Made by a program: the position numbers and the translations under genes | Shown: positions 1 through 15,066 of the stretch, one piece after another | Layout: each line of letters starts with the position of its first letter | Position numbering within the stretch: the first letter of the stretch is position 1 | Assembly (NCBI GenBank): GCA_964016885.1 | Contig: OZ024740.1 | Span: forward strand, 377,580,001-377,644,000 | DNA: 64,000 nt | DNA from: Eledone cirrhosa | Taxonomy: Eukaryota | Direction of reading: 5' to 3' | Notes under the pieces: model-generated | Database searches by the model: none | What the model was told of the DNA's origin: nothing | Seen by the model: the letters and a program-made list of their open reading frames with translations, nothing else

Positions 1-542
1 TCATTGCATTAAAAATCATATACCTCACGTTGGCGCAATAATAACTAAAATAAGTTATTAGGACAATTAAAACGCGTAAAGCGAGTGAGACAAGTAAACA
101 ACACAGAGGAAAGCTAACCGAAGATAGGAAGAGACACAAGCTACATAGTTATTCTATCAGTATAAGCTGGGTGAATATATGAGCGAGTAGAAAATAGACC
201 TTTCGAGATGAATCCGATGTAAGAAAGAAGGAAAATCGTTAACGTCGCGAACGGGGGGAAGTGAGAAGGGGAGAAACAGTGAGTGAGTGAGTGGAAGTGT
301 GAGGAAGAGGTCAGTAGAGAGAAAGTGTTAACTGACATGACAGAGGGGACGAAAGAAAGTAAGAGAAACAGAGAGAACGAGGGAGCAGTAAGAGAGAGAG
401 AGAGAAAAACAGAATCGCAGTTTAGGTAAATATATGTGAAAAAATGGGGAGAAGAATACTGCATGGTTGCACATGGATAACATGTTATAAAATGAGTCCC
501 TCATCAGTGATTTACCAACGGTCATAGGTATTTCATTGCATT

Positions 543-2492
543 TTGCCGGGACACGTTAACAGCTCCGAGGAGGTGTTGAAGCGCCTGCATCAAATGGATC
601 CCGACACCAGAAGGAATAACAGATATGCCTTCAGCCTTGATGTAGTCGCTCTCTACACCTCGGTCCCGGCACTCCCGGCCGTCAATATACTGATGGAACG
701 CGTCCAATCCACCGACCTACACTGCTTCGGGCTCACCACCACTGACATCCACCAACTCCTATCCATCATCGTCGACAACACCTACTTCGGATTCCTTGAC
801 CAAACATACCAACAAACCTCGGGATTGCCCATGGGATCAAGCCTATCAGGTATGCTAGCGATCTCTTACTTGAACGCAAGGCACTCAACGCCTGCCACCC
901 CAACGCCGTAGCCTTTTTCTCAAGGTACGTGGACGATATCCTCATCCTCACATCTTCCCAAGACACGGCGAACAGAATCTATGAGACGTTCAACAACACG
1001 GACGAGAACATTGACTTCAGTGTTGAACACCCCAACGAAGACGGGTCACTTGCCCTCCTCGACTTCCGAATCAACATCACGGAACAGGGAAGGATCCACT
1101 GCAACTTCTACCGAAATGCAGCCTGCAGGGACCTGTTCGTTCACTACAAGTCCGCCCTCCCTAACAGTGCCAAAAGAGGATACATCACGAACGAGATCGC
1201 GCGAATCAAAAACAGATGCAGCGATCCCGCGAGTGGTGTCACTCATACCAAGCGATTCCTCGAGGTGCTGGAGACGAACGGGTACCCTACCTCGATCACA
1301 GACAGAATAGGAGACACCAGACACAAGAGACAGAGAGGCACACAAGGCAAGTGCTTCCTTAAAATGCCACACCTGTGCGAGAATACCACCAACGCTATCC
1401 GCAAGGCTATACGGAGGGAGGGCCTCGACATCCACCTGGCCCACTCGGGCCCCTCCCTGCGAAGATGCCTCTCCAGGAAACCCGGGAAATCCACTGACGC
1501 GTGCTCCCTCAGAGACTGCCCGATACGCCATGCGAACTGTTGCCTACGCACATACGTCGTGTATAAGATAGAATGTGACAGGTGTAACCAATACTATATA
1601 AGTAGCACAATCCGACCTTTGCATATCCGGATCAAGGAACACACTAAAACCAGGGCCTCGTCTTTCCGGAAACACATAGACAAATGCGGAAACAAAGACG
1701 GAAGGCCCATTGTCACAATTCTAGCGACTGAAAGAAACGTCGGCACGTTACGTATCAAGGAAGCGCTTTTTACCAAACGCCTGGCACCGCAAATAAACAA
1801 TCGATCCGAGAGAAGCGAAATGAGGTGGCTGGTTTAAGTTAACAAACGATGCAGCAACACACGCACACACACAAACGAGACAATTACACACGCACACGCA
1901 CACACAGACAGTAGCATTCCACCATACGAACATACTACACTGCCAATACAGAGGAACAAGGCAACAACACACGCATACACACACACACTCAAGCGAGACA
2001 ACAACACACGCACACTCACACACAGTAACATTTAACAAACAGGCAGAGAATGGACTGACAGCTAGCGCCACCACACTCCCTCATTCGGCCGCTGACCTCT
2101 GCCCGACCGACCCCATTTCTCGCGCACGCGCGCTTTGCCGAATACCTCAGATATTCAAAACAACAAACAGCGGAGGACGCGTTTCGCACCTGTCCGACAG
2201 ACAACCTTTTCCCCCACCCCGGAAAAAAACCCCAGTTGATGGATGTGAATCCGAAATATATAGGGACTATTAAATCTCTCCCGAGGTAACTCACTCTTGT
2301 GTTGTTATTTTTATTTTTATTTTATCCTTTATACTCTTCCCTTCATTCTTCTACACATCTTACACATCTTATACACACCACGCATCTCAACGTACACCCA
2401 CTTACATCTCTCTCTCTCCACCACCGGATCTTGTTACCCGGAGATTTACCCATTTGCATTGTCGAGGCTTCCAAACGACTTAAAGATATTTA

Positions 2493-2493
<1 letters not shown>
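543..2493 (+). mobile_element. Penelope-like retroelement, 5'-truncated (copy A): RT, GIY-YIG endonuclease and 3' region
   Basis: ORFs 543-911 and 929-1837 carry FSLDVVALYTSVP, QTSGLPMGSSLS, RYVDD and VVYKIECDRCNQYYI(S)STIR..RIKEH, with a frameshift near 880-920. The 3' end runs into (TA)n. Confidence 0.9.
2230..2265 (+). ncRNA. Hammerhead-like motif with variant core (CAGUUGA) in PLE 3' region
   Basis: CCC-CAGTTGA-T-GGAT(gtga)ATCC-GAAA-TATA-TA-GGG: stem I, stem II, palindromic stem III and a UA cleavage position are all in register. Identical in copy B. Confidence 0.5.
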
Positions 2494-3560
<1,067 letters not shown>

Positions 3561-3885
3561 AGGAAAAAAGAAGACATCGAAAATGCAACTAGTCTTTTTT
3601 TTTTTAAATATATATTTTAAAAAAATATATAAATGGAGGGTTTGTGGTTTTTCTCACAAACCCTCCATCTCAATTCTACTTTGAAAAGCAAAAGAACTGC
3701 GAAACCGGTAACGAAACCAAATAAATATATATTTTTTTTTTTAAAAGACTCCAGTTGCATTTTTGATTTCATCTTTTTTCCTTATACTTTCACTTGTGTG
3801 GGACACTCGTTTTTTTTTCGTCTTTTTCTCATTATATATATATCCCCATCTATCTATCATCCGTTTTTTTCTCTCTCTCTCTCTA

Positions 3886-3917
<32 letters not shown>

Positions 3918-4607
3918 GCTGTCGCTCTTTCTTTCTTCCTCTCTTTCGCACTCTCTCTTGGTCTCTAGATATGTGTGTATATCATGTGCATACGAATATA
4001 CATATATATATATGTATGTATGTATCTATGTATGTGTGTGTGACTCTGTGTGTGTGGGGGGGGGGTGAACATAAACTGTCTCACTTTGTAATTGTATATC
4101 TCTAATTACCATAATAGTAGAGTAACAGTAATATACTATTTCGATTTTATCAACTATACTACTCCCTGAAATCCAACTACAGTCGGCTATTGGCACATAT
4201 TCTTCATTGACCATTCTTAAATATGGAATGATACGCGATGCCCCCCCCCCCCCCCACACACACACACATCCCCGGCGGGCAGGATGGAGAAGGTGTTTGT
4301 CCGGAGGTAATACTCAAGGTGTATCTATCACGAGTGCCAGAGGGCAAGATAAATACTCGAGAAGCTAAATATACACACCCGTTTCAATTTCCATGTGATG
4401 CCAAATAACTTCTTTTGAAAATACATGAATGTCAGCTTTCGATTTACCGTGTTATAGGACTTATAACAAGCTAACGTATCGTAATGTTTCTATTTTTCTA
4501 TTAATTTCCCAGCTATAACTACTAAATTTCACTACATAAATAACCACCTATTCATTGGTATTGTGATATTTTTCTAAGTAAAATATTTATTTATATTATA
4601 TTCTCAG

Positions 4608-4671
4608 GTGCCCCAGCTGTTCCAACAATTATATATACTGTCCTCAGAGCGCTTTATGGTGACAATAAAAG
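4608..4671 (+). CDS. Class B1 GPCR (calcitonin/CGRP/DH31-receptor-like) exon, TM4 to ECL2
   Basis: ttctcAG acceptor and GTaata donor. Translates (G)APAVPTIIYTVLRALYGDNK(R), the post-'GWG' TM4 exon of class B GPCRs. Phase-compatible with the next exon. Confidence 0.85.
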
Positions 4672-5244
4672 GTAATACTTCAATAATTACTATCACTATT
4701 GGAGATGTCATCGTAATGTTACACGTTGTAGTGTTATGATAGAAAATGGAAAATCTTGGTTTTTATTCGAATATACAATTCAGTTTAAATGGAAGGAATT
4801 TAATACAATCATTTTTCCTTTTGTTATATTATAACTGGTTTTAATCAACAAAATCTTATTGAAATGGTGAATAATTCATCACATCCATATGCGAAAACTG
4901 CACTATATTTTTTTTTAAGTGAAGAAGATACTTCGAAGCCATCCTTGTTTTATATTGTAGCTTAAAATATTACTAACGCTGTACTTCGTGAACTGAGAAC
5001 AAATTAAAGGTATAATTAATTGAGTTGATTTGATACTGTTGAAATAAGGTAAACACTTTTTCTATGGGAAATGTCCGTAATACTAGTGATGGCTACTATA
5101 TTGAGATGCGCTAGTTGGGATTCAACATAATCTAGATGCAAAATGTATCCAATGAGAAACTCAAGTGTCACGTCCCCTTGAGGTAGAGTTTGCGGATGAA
5201 TGTAGGACGCAAGATGGAATAGAACATGTGGCACTTCTTCGTGG

Positions 5245-5275
<31 letters not shown>

Positions 5276-5525
5276 GGATGAGGAAGGCAATGATAATGAT
5301 GATAACAATAGTAATAACACGACGACGATGCTCATGATGATAATAGTGCCTGTGCCTAAAAATAAAATAGAAATCCGTTTTAGTTTACATGAAAAACTGA
5401 ATTTTATTCTCTGTAACTTGTAAATAAATACTATATGAAACACCGAACAGTGTGCAGTTCTCTCATTGTTTATTTAATATATATGTATGTATGCGTGTGT
5501 ACATGTGGTGTGTAGGTACGTATAT

Positions 5526-5585
<60 letters not shown>

Positions 5586-5981
5586 GATGAATATAAAATG
5601 AAAGTGCTTTTTTTAAAAAGGAATTTATTAGGTATTGACATATGTTTCTGTAACAGACGGAATACCTATGTACCGCTGCTTACGTAATCATATAATGTTA
5701 GCAAGTATTCGATAGCAAATGTATAATCAGTTGTCACTTCTTCAGAGATTTTGGATAAATTGGATAAAATCAGAAAAATTGAAGTATTTATATTAGTAAT
5801 AGAGGAAGAAAAAGGGGGGATAGTATATGACAGATGGTAAATCAATTTACTGCTAAACAAGTATATAATGGGTTTCTAATGAGAATACCATGAGTAAATG
5901 GTTCATTTTATCTAATTATGAATTTTTGGGAGTGCCAATATTAATCTCTACTTGACCAATTGGACAGTGGACAGGGCTGGT

Positions 5982-6209
5982 CATTTGGTGTAGTAGTATT
6001 AATTATAAAGTGTCAATTGGGGAAGGGGGAGATTTCTATTATTTACCTTTTAATATAAACTGCTATAGATAAAATGAGATTTCTGATTTCTTGATTCAAT
6101 TCCCTAATGCATATACCAGCTGGCTACTAAGATTGATGTTATTCAGTAGCAATCGAAATCTCCCCCTTCCCCAATTGACACTTTATAATTAATACTACTA
6201 CACCAAATG
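5982..6209. repeat. 55-bp inverted repeat (5982-6036 / 6155-6209)
   Basis: catttggtgtagtag...gggagatttc and its reverse complement, with a 118-bp spacer, next to the 3' end of a PLE fragment. Confidence 0.9.
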
Positions 6210-6239
6210 GGGGGTTAGGGTTAGGGTAGGGGGACACAG

Positions 6240-7030
6240 TTCGTAGTTTTCATGTCGCAGTCGCTTCCCAGGCAAAATACGATGCCTGCACCCGGTGTCT
6301 ACAATTTATGACTGATTCCGCTCGACTGTTTATGAGCTCGTGGGGTGTTCTTATGATGTAGTTCAGCTCCATAAGGCAGAGCTGGCATTCCCCCTGAAAT
6401 TGTAGGGTGCAGCCCTACCGACAATATCCCAGTGCGTGGAAAAGCTGATGTTGGCGTCTTGTAATGTGGTGACGTAGTTGGCAAGTGATGTGGAGTGCCT
6501 TAGTTTTTTGTTCCTGAAAGAGTGGAGATGCGTTCTAAATCTCGTTTTAAACTGGCCAGAGGTGGCCCCTATATATTGTTTAACTCCGCTATGGCTAGTT
6601 ACGGTGCACCTATAAATAACCTTATCAGTCAGACAGTTTCCCCTGAGACGGCAGCCTCCCCTGTCACGACAGTTGCATTTTCCGTCACGGTCGCTCCTAG
6701 TTCCTGAAGTAAAGCTATTACTATTGCTACCTATGTTGTTATCTATATCTCTAACTCGGTCATTGGTACTGTTATCTCTCGAGGCGTGCGGTGTTGTACC
6801 ATTATCACTCCGCACGCCGCAGCCCGTTCTGTTGCCGGTGGGTGATGCGTGTGGGTCACCGGTATATTCCACAGTCACGCCTTGGTTACGTGGGTTTCGT
6901 CTGCCGGGGCTGCCACCAACACTATTTTGTTTTCCATGCCCTTGATAAGTCCATTCCGGGCGAAACGTACGTAGGCGCACTGTTATATAAACATGTTCTA
7001 ACGGTTTTAAACTCCTTGTATTCATTTCTT
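6240..7030 (-). mobile_element. Penelope-like element fragment (second family), GIY-YIG C-terminal region
   Basis: ORF 6363-7025: CNCRDRGGCRLRGNCLTDKVIYRCTV...YIGATSGQFKTRFRTHLHSF. It continues after a frameshift as CQLCLMELNYII...INSRAESVINCRH. Confidence 0.8.
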
Positions 7031-7187
7031 CTATAATCGCTCTGATTATTTTTTCTCGCCCACTAAATATTGACGCCTCTAATATTTAACCCTGTAGGCA
7101 CGAGTATTGAGCACATCTGCATAAACTATTGGCAACTAAATATATGTATCGCCTATCTTTCCTTTTTTCTCTCTCTCGATACTTAAT

Positions 7188-7289
<102 letters not shown>

Positions 7290-8052
7290 CGAATGGAGTG
7301 TGGTAAGGAACCAGGTGGACCATAACGCACCAGAGTATTCGATACTATGGGTAGCAGAGCACAAAACCATCCTCGTTAGCTCGAAGCAAACTTAGTTGTA
7401 GTTTTTGTTGTTTGGCCGGCCCAAACCTTATTAAACAGAACTATCATGAAAGGCATTTCATTCGTGATCAGCCCTTCGTTTTGTATATCAGGAACTACAT
7501 TATCCAATATATCCTATCTTTAAGACGATAGATTATAATTTCGTCTCTATTTCGAGCAAGTCAAGCAAGCATTTTTCTGGTAATTGCTTGGATAAACTCA
7601 GTTGAATGAAATTTTTTCAATTCCTTACCTATATCAGGCTTTAAGCTGGTTTTTAATATGCATAGCAATTCCTCTGGGTATTTTCCCACTTGCGTATTGC
7701 TGATATTCATAATTAGCATCGCTTCATTCCTTCACAAAAGTGGTTGATATAAGAGATACAGTGTGTTATGAGTTACTTAAGAATAGCATGCAGTTACATA
7801 TATAAATATATTTACATAAGCTACATTATAATACGGATATGTAAATAATTTATTCATTTCCCATTGAAAGAGATGACAGTTATAATCCTTATAATAATTA
7901 CATTCCAATGATATATTTCTTCAGCATTATTGCATACAAATCCATGTAATTAATTTATCATGTATATCTTTCAATTTGACTTATGCATATATTAATTAAT
8001 TTGGTGTATCTCTTGTGTATCTCTTGTGTATTTGACATCATTATGGCTTTAG

Positions 8053-8116
8053 ATGCTGGACTGGAAGCAGCAGTTTACAATGGATTATATTAGGGCCTAT
8101 TATTCTGTCATTGTTG
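8053..8116 (+). CDS. Class B1 GPCR exon, ECL2 to TM5
   Basis: ctttAG / GTaagt boundaries. Translates (R)CWTGSSSLQWIILGPIILSLL with the conserved CW and GP motifs. Confidence 0.9.
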
Positions 8117-8212
8117 GTAAGTTATATTTGCTACATTTTTCAATGTGTTTTCTCTATGCTAGCAACCAATTTTTACAAGCAGTCAATTTAATACTGTCAT
8201 TGATGGTTTTAG

Positions 8213-8298
8213 GTCAGCCTTGCACTTGGAGCTAACATATTAAGAATGTTGCTTTCAAAATTACGAGCCAGAAACACTGATCCTTACCATCAAACTAG
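8213..8298 (+). CDS. Class B1 GPCR exon, TM5 to ICL3
   Basis: ttttAG / GTgagt boundaries. Translates VSLALGANILRMLLSKLRARNTDPYHQT(S), matching the NIxRxLxxKL motif. Follows a 96-bp intron. Confidence 0.9.
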
Positions 8299-9328
8299 GT
8301 GAGTGTATTATTTGTCCACGCTATAAATGCAATATCAACCCAACCCAAGATACAAAAATATTGAAACTGGATTAAATTGTCCGACAATTATAAATATATT
8401 CCAATATAGATTACTAACAACAACTGATCTGATAACTGAATGTTATTGTTACCCAAATATAAAGTATTTAACAACTGAAACTAAATTAGTATGTTGTTTC
8501 TTGAAATATAACACTGTCTTGTCTAGAATACTATATTCTGACAATTTAAAAGGCTTTAATGCGTTGATAAAGATAGCTATGATCACCTTTAGTTACTTGA
8601 CTGATGATACACCAATCAACTTAACTGTAAATAGTTTCTACTATATGATAGGAAATACCACTGTAAACTACAAATCAAGATTAATTAGCGATTGTTTCTT
8701 GCAGGGTTCAATATTTTTCATGCGTATGATATGCTGGGACGGAGTGGCTTTCCACAATTTTGACTGACTCTAGATTTACAACATGACATAGAAGAAATCT
8801 TTCAAATAAATAGGCCTTGATGAACCAATGAATTATTGGGTTCGATTTATATTTAGACAATTCAGAAACCGTATGCGCAGGCATGACCGCAAGGTCAAGA
8901 AGTTCGATTCACAACCTCGTAGCTCTAGTGTGTGTATATATGTGTATATCCTTCACTGAGGAATGTCGGCGTGGGATATTAACGAAATCGGCGAGAACAC
9001 CAAAAACCTCGTACCTTTTAATGAAGTCCATATGGTATTTGTTCTACACCAAGCTGCAGATTTTTCTTTGTCACTCACATTGTCAGAAATATCAGTGAAG
9101 CAATGATTTTCTCGCTAGAAAGCTATAACTAATGACATGACTATTGCCTAATTGAGATATAAATAAACAAACATACAAATAAATAAACAAACAAATAAAT
9201 AGATAAATAAATAAACAAACAAACAAAAAATAAATAAAGCAGTATAAAACACTTTCATATATGTAAGCAATTTCAAAACTGATTTATGATATTCTGAAGT
9301 GTATGTATGTAAATATTTCACATTTCAG

Positions 9329-9464
9329 TCGTGGTGTCCGAGCTACACTACTTCTAATACCTTTACTAGGTTTACATTACTTCATCCTACCATTAAGACC
9401 AGAGGGAAATGAAAAAATGGAATATGTTTACGATATTATATCAGCTTTGCTGATATCATTACAG
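9329..9464 (+). CDS. Class B1 GPCR exon, TM6-ECL3-TM7 start
   Basis: tttcAG / GTaaaa boundaries. Translates RGVRATLLLIPLLGLHYFILPLRPEGNEKMEYVYDIISALLISLQ. RATLxLxPLLG is typical of calcitonin/DH31-type receptors. Confidence 0.93.
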
Positions 9465-10515
9465 GTAAAACAATATCTTTTTTTCTTTTTTTCTTTCACT
9501 TTCCACTTATTTAAATTAAAATATTTCGATCATTTATTGTCCATGCTTATACATGATTTCTGCAATGTGAAATGTAACCAGTTTTCTTTTTTTTTTATAG
9601 TTTTATACTTTGAGGCTGTATTTACTTTAATTTAGATACCAAGATCCCAAGGACTTCACAGTAATTAACTAAAACATGAAACAATAAACAAATTTTAAAT
9701 TATACACAACCAACCGTCTACGTATAATTTCGTACCTCCGTACATGTGTGAGAGTTAGATGATTTCCTGGTTGCAGATTGTTTACTTCCATTATACGCTT
9801 TGGAAAACATGACTATAATAATATCCGTTTGCCATCAAGTGTGAACGCCTGCAGATAGATAACTATGAAAAGATAAAGCAAGTTTCTAGTCTCAAATTTA
9901 TTACACAAGTTAGAGTGACATTGTGTTTTCATGGTTTACACTACCTACTCACAGCATTGTAATACTGATATCAACATATACAGATTATAAATTTCTAGTC
10001 TTGTTGAAACTAATATTTGAATGTTTCACAAAACCTATATCCTATTACTGCACTAGAGTTTGGTGAACAACCACAAGGATGAGGCCCGAACTTGATTGCA
10101 TGGGAAAACCGTTGAAACAATTATAATGTTTAAACGATTTATGTAACATCAGCATTTTTATTTTTGTTATATATATATATATTTTTTTTGTATATACATA
10201 TATTTTTGTTTTATATATATATATATATAACAAAGGAATTGTGGTAAGGAACCAGATGGACCATAACGCATCAAACTTCTAATTTAGTCCAGAAATAGCC
10301 GTCGAAACGGCTTGAGCTCTGCCGTCAGGGGTCATACTTTTTCCTATATATGTATATAGTAGTAGAACATTGGAAGGTAATATCCGTAGAGGTAGAGCAC
10401 TCAGTCCATGGGACGAGTTAGGTAGAAGTGTCCATTACGGTGTCCATTACGAACTGGTGATCCGCTAAGGTGAAACAATTGTTCTCGGTATTGTCAACTA
10501 AGTGTTGTGTAACCA

Positions 10516-11195
<680 letters not shown>

Positions 11196-11363
11196 TGGTA
11201 TATTGGCAAATATACTATACATACATTCATGTATACATCGGTATTTCAGAACACCAATCCTAATTTTAAATTTTTGCTGGACCGTCAATCGCTCTGTATA
11301 ATCAGTTCCTGATTATTACTGGAATTCTATAAGAATCCAGCCTCTATAATTTTAGGCATAGGC

Positions 11364-11425
11364 GGGGAGTACGCTGCTCTGAGGATCACCAACAGTGTGA
11401 AACAGAATCTGTAAACTTCTCTCCC
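11364..11425 (+). ncRNA. Type I hammerhead ribozyme candidate, canonical core
   Basis: CTGAGGA (11379-85), stem II CAC/GTG, GAAA, stem III CAGA-a-TCTG and triplet GUA ending at 11413. Distal stem I is GGGAG/CTCCC; proximal stem I is imperfect. Confidence 0.6.
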
Positions 11426-11549
11426 TTCCTTTGCCGAAAAAAGAAGTAATTGACATAGTCACCACTTTAAAAATGATAGCGCAAGGTCTTCAAAATCTTT
11501 TAAATTAAACATACGGTATATTGCCAAATATACTATACATACATTCATG

Positions 11550-11669
<120 letters not shown>

Positions 11670-11733
11670 CCGTGTAGCAAATATGTTTCAGAAGATCCGA
11701 TTATGCTTAAACTTTAATCTGTTATTTTAATAA

Positions 11734-11789
<56 letters not shown>

Positions 11790-11792
<3 letters not shown>

Positions 11793-13387
11793 AGAGTATT
11801 GAAGTTTGCTTGAAGCATTGTGGAATAATATGTAAATATCTTTAAGTCGTTTGGAAGCCTCGACAATGCAAATGGGTAAATCTCCGGGTAACAAGATCCG
11901 GTGGTGGAGAGAGAGAGATGTAAGTGGGTGTACGTTGAGATGCGTGGTGTGTATAAGACGTGTAGAGGAATGAAAGAAGGAGTATAAAGGATAAAATAAA
12001 AATAACAACACGAGAGAGAGTTACCTTGGGGGAGATTTAATAGTCCCTATATATTTCGGATTCACATCCATCAACTGGGGTTTTTTTCCGGGGTGGGGGA
12101 AAGGTTGTCTGTCGGAAAGGTGCGAAACGCGTCCTCCGCTGTTTGTTGTTTTGAATATCTGAGCTATTCAGCAGAGCGCACGTGCGCGTGAAATGGGGTC
12201 GGTCGGGCAGAGGTCAGCGGCCGAATGTGGGAGTGGAGTGGCGCTAGCTGTCAGTCCATTCTCTGCCTGTTTGTTAAATGTTACTGTGTGTGAGTGTGCG
12301 TGTGTTGTTCTCTCGCTTGAGTGTGTGTGTGTATGCGTGTGTTGTTGCCTTGTTCCTCTGTATTGGCAGTGTAGTATGTTCGTATGGTGGAATGCTACTG
12401 TCTGTGTGTGCGTGTGCGTGTGTAATTGTCTCGTTTGTGTGTGTGCGTGTGTTGCTGCATCGTTTGTTAACTTAAACCAGCCACCTCATTTCGCTTCTCT
12501 CGGATCGATTGTTTATTTGCGGTGCCAGGCGTTTGGTAAAAAGCGCTTCCTTGATACGTAACGTGCCGACGTTTCTTTCAGTCGCTAGAATTGTGACAAT
12601 GGGCCTTCCGTCTTTGTTTCCGCATTTGTCTATGTGTTTCCGGAAAGACGAGGCCCTGGTTTTAGTGTGTTCCTTGATCCGGATGTGCAAAGGTCGGATT
12701 GTGCTACCTATATAGTATTGGTTACACCTGTCACATTCTATCTTATACACGACGTATGTGCGTAGGCAACAGTTCGCATGGCGTATCGGGCAGTCTCTGA
12801 GGGAGCACGCGTCAGTGGATTTCCCGGGTTTCCTGGAGAGGCATCTTCGCAGGGAGGGGCCCGAGTGGGCCAGGTGGATATAGAGTCCCTCCCTCCGTAT
12901 AGCCTTGCGGATAGCGTTGGTGGTATTCTCGCCCAGGTGTGGCATTTTAAGGAAGCACTTGCCTTGTGTGCCTCTCTGTCTCTTGTGTCTGGTGTCTCCT
13001 ATTCTGTCTGTGATCGAGGTAGGGTACCCGTTCGTCTCCAGCACCTCGAGGAATCGCTTGGTATGAGTGCCACCACTCGCGGGATCGCTGCATCTGTTTT
13101 TGATTCGCGCGATCTCGTTCGTGATATATCCTCTTTTGGCACTGTTAGGGAGGGCGGACTTGTAGTGAACGAACAGGTCCCTGCAGGCTGCCTTTCGGTA
13201 GAAGTTGCAGTGGATCCTTCCCTGTTCCGTGATGTTGATTCGGAAGTCGAGGAGGGCAAGTGACCCGTCTTCGTTGGGGTGTTCAACACTGAAGTCAATG
13301 TTCTCGTCCGTGTTGTTGAACGTCTCATAGATTCTGTTCGCCGTGTCTTGGGAAGATGTGAGGATGAGGATATCGTCCACGTACCTT
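11790..13387 (-). mobile_element. Penelope-like element copy B, near-identical inverted copy of about 922-2493
   Basis: The 302-aa ORF 12472-13380 differs from copy A at 5 residues and has an intact YIG. Same 3' region, ending in (TA)n. Confidence 0.92.
12045..12080 (-). ncRNA. Hammerhead-like motif with variant core (CAGUUGA), copy B
   Basis: Exact reverse complement of 2230-2265. Confidence 0.5.
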
Positions 13388-13740
13388 AAAAAATATAAAT
13401 TAGTGAGAATCGATTTTCAGCTGAGGAATTAACGAAAAACATTTCCGAGTTGTGTGGCAAGTGCTCGATAGTTCATATGAATCAGAGCTACAACATACGT
13501 TAAAGGCCAAACACACTGAGATGGTGGTTAAACTAATCATCCGCACAACCAAAAAAACGATCAAGCAATTCGGGTCAAACAAATAAAAATATATGTGATT
13601 GAAAATTTACCCGAACCCCTGGAGAGATGGTAAAATCCAGTATTTGCGTTTCTGCGACTCCATAAATCAATTACTGTCCGCTTACATAAAGAATGTTAGG
13701 CTTCTGGTAAAATGACTGAACATTTGTCAACAGGTTTTTG

Positions 13741-13880
13741 CTCAAATGCTATACATAAGTGTGACTATTACTGACCTCAAATGCTATACATAAGTGTGAC
13801 TATTACTGACCTCAAATGCTATACATAAGTGTGACTATTACTGACCTCAAATGCTATACATAAGTGTGGCTATTACTGAC
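13741..13880. repeat. 35-bp minisatellite x4
   Basis: ctcaaatgctatacataagtgtgactattactgac repeated four times, then (TA)n. Confidence 0.95.
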
Positions 13881-14838
13881 TATATATATATATATATATA
13901 TATATTGTAAATAGTTGAAAGATAAACCGTCATGACTTGTGTCCATTTGTTACTGTCCCATGTGTACTAAAGTCAGTTGTATCGATCTTAAAGCACTGAA
14001 ACAAAGTATCTCCAGCGACCGACTGATGAGAGGCGACTATCTTGTTTCGTCCGTTTTTCCGTTGTCTTCGAGCCAACTTTTTATTCATTATATATGATTT
14101 TAGCCACACGGGACACTTGTTTCAAAAGTGTGTATGTGTGCATGTGTGTGTGTCTCTATGTGTCTGTGTGTGTGTGCCTTGTGTGTCTGTGTGCCTATGT
14201 GTGTGTGTGTGTGTGTGTAAATAAATGTATACCCAGAAATATCTGTCGTATGTGTAGGATTAACTAAATTGTTTCAAAACTTAACTTAAATTTTGCAGAA
14301 GCAAAATTTCTTCTCGCATCTCCATTATCTAGTTATCTCCTTCTCCGTATATCGACCCCCACCCCCACCCACGTTTATTCAACTATCTACCTGTCTGTCT
14401 TTCTATCTGTGTGTATCTATCTGTCTTTCAGTCTATCTATCTATTTATCTCTATCTTTTATTGGAACAGTAAGCAATATCACAAAACTACAGTTTACTAT
14501 CTTTACCATTTGTTTTCCTCATAACTTGATTAATAATGCATATTTTTAAAAGAATTTCCCATGAATACGTTTTCGATAGTTTATATAAAGATAACGTTGA
14601 TGCATCATTTTAAATATATATATGTATATATATATATATATATATAACCCATGCTAGCGTGGAAGATAAACGTTAAACGATGAAGATGATGATGATGATG
14701 ATGATGATATATATATATATATATATGCGTGTGTGTGTGTGTGTGAAGTAATTCCGTCGGAAAAGTCCAGGAAAAAAGAGTGCTCTATGTAGGTAACAGA
14801 GCTTAATAGTTATGTAATAAACAACATAGGGCAATTAT

Positions 14839-14896
14839 TCCATTTACCAGTGGTTTCTTAAAAGCAAAAAATGTTGCTTTCAATCATCAGAATGAA
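14839..14896 (-). ncRNA. Type I hammerhead ribozyme, opposite-strand copy in the left palindrome arm
   Basis: Reverse complement of 15009-15066, with one change in stem II. Confidence 0.75.
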
Positions 14897-15008
14897 AAAA
14901 TCCTGGTCTGTTTATTGAATTTGGATTTTAAAAAACAAAAATGCAATCTATCTATAGATTGCATTTTTGTTTTTTAAAATCCAAATTCAATAAACAGACC
15001 AGGATTTT

Positions 15009-15066
15009 TTCATTCTGATGATTGAAAGCAAAATTTTTTGCTTTTAAGAAACCACTGGTAAATGGA
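15009..15066 (+). ncRNA. Type I hammerhead ribozyme (PLE-type, short stem III)
   Basis: TTCATT-CTGATGA-TTGAAAGCAAAA(tt)TTTTGCTTTTAA-GAAA-CCAcTGG-TA-AATGGA: all three stems plus a canonical core, triplet GUA ending at 15060. Confidence 0.8.

Noticed and set aside
455-545. CTGATGA on the - strand at 501-507 as a hammerhead
   Set aside because: No correctly placed GAAA, stem III and stem I could be found.
2170-2205. GAAACGCGTC hammerhead-like 3' half antisense to PLE copies A and B
   Set aside because: No CUGANGA or stem II upstream, and it is on the wrong strand for the element.
6211-6230. Interstitial telomere
   Set aside because: Only two TTAGGG units.
8327-8767. 146-aa ORF in the GPCR intron
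   Set aside because: AT-rich with no recognisable motif, and the flanking exons already join in frame without it.
8950-9000. CTGAGGA...GAAATCGGCGA hammerhead-like motif
   Set aside because: Lacks the essential U of the UH site and stem I, and is single copy; at best decayed.
14020-14080. CTGATGA followed by a possible stem II
   Set aside because: Followed by GAGC rather than GAAA, with no stem III or UH site.
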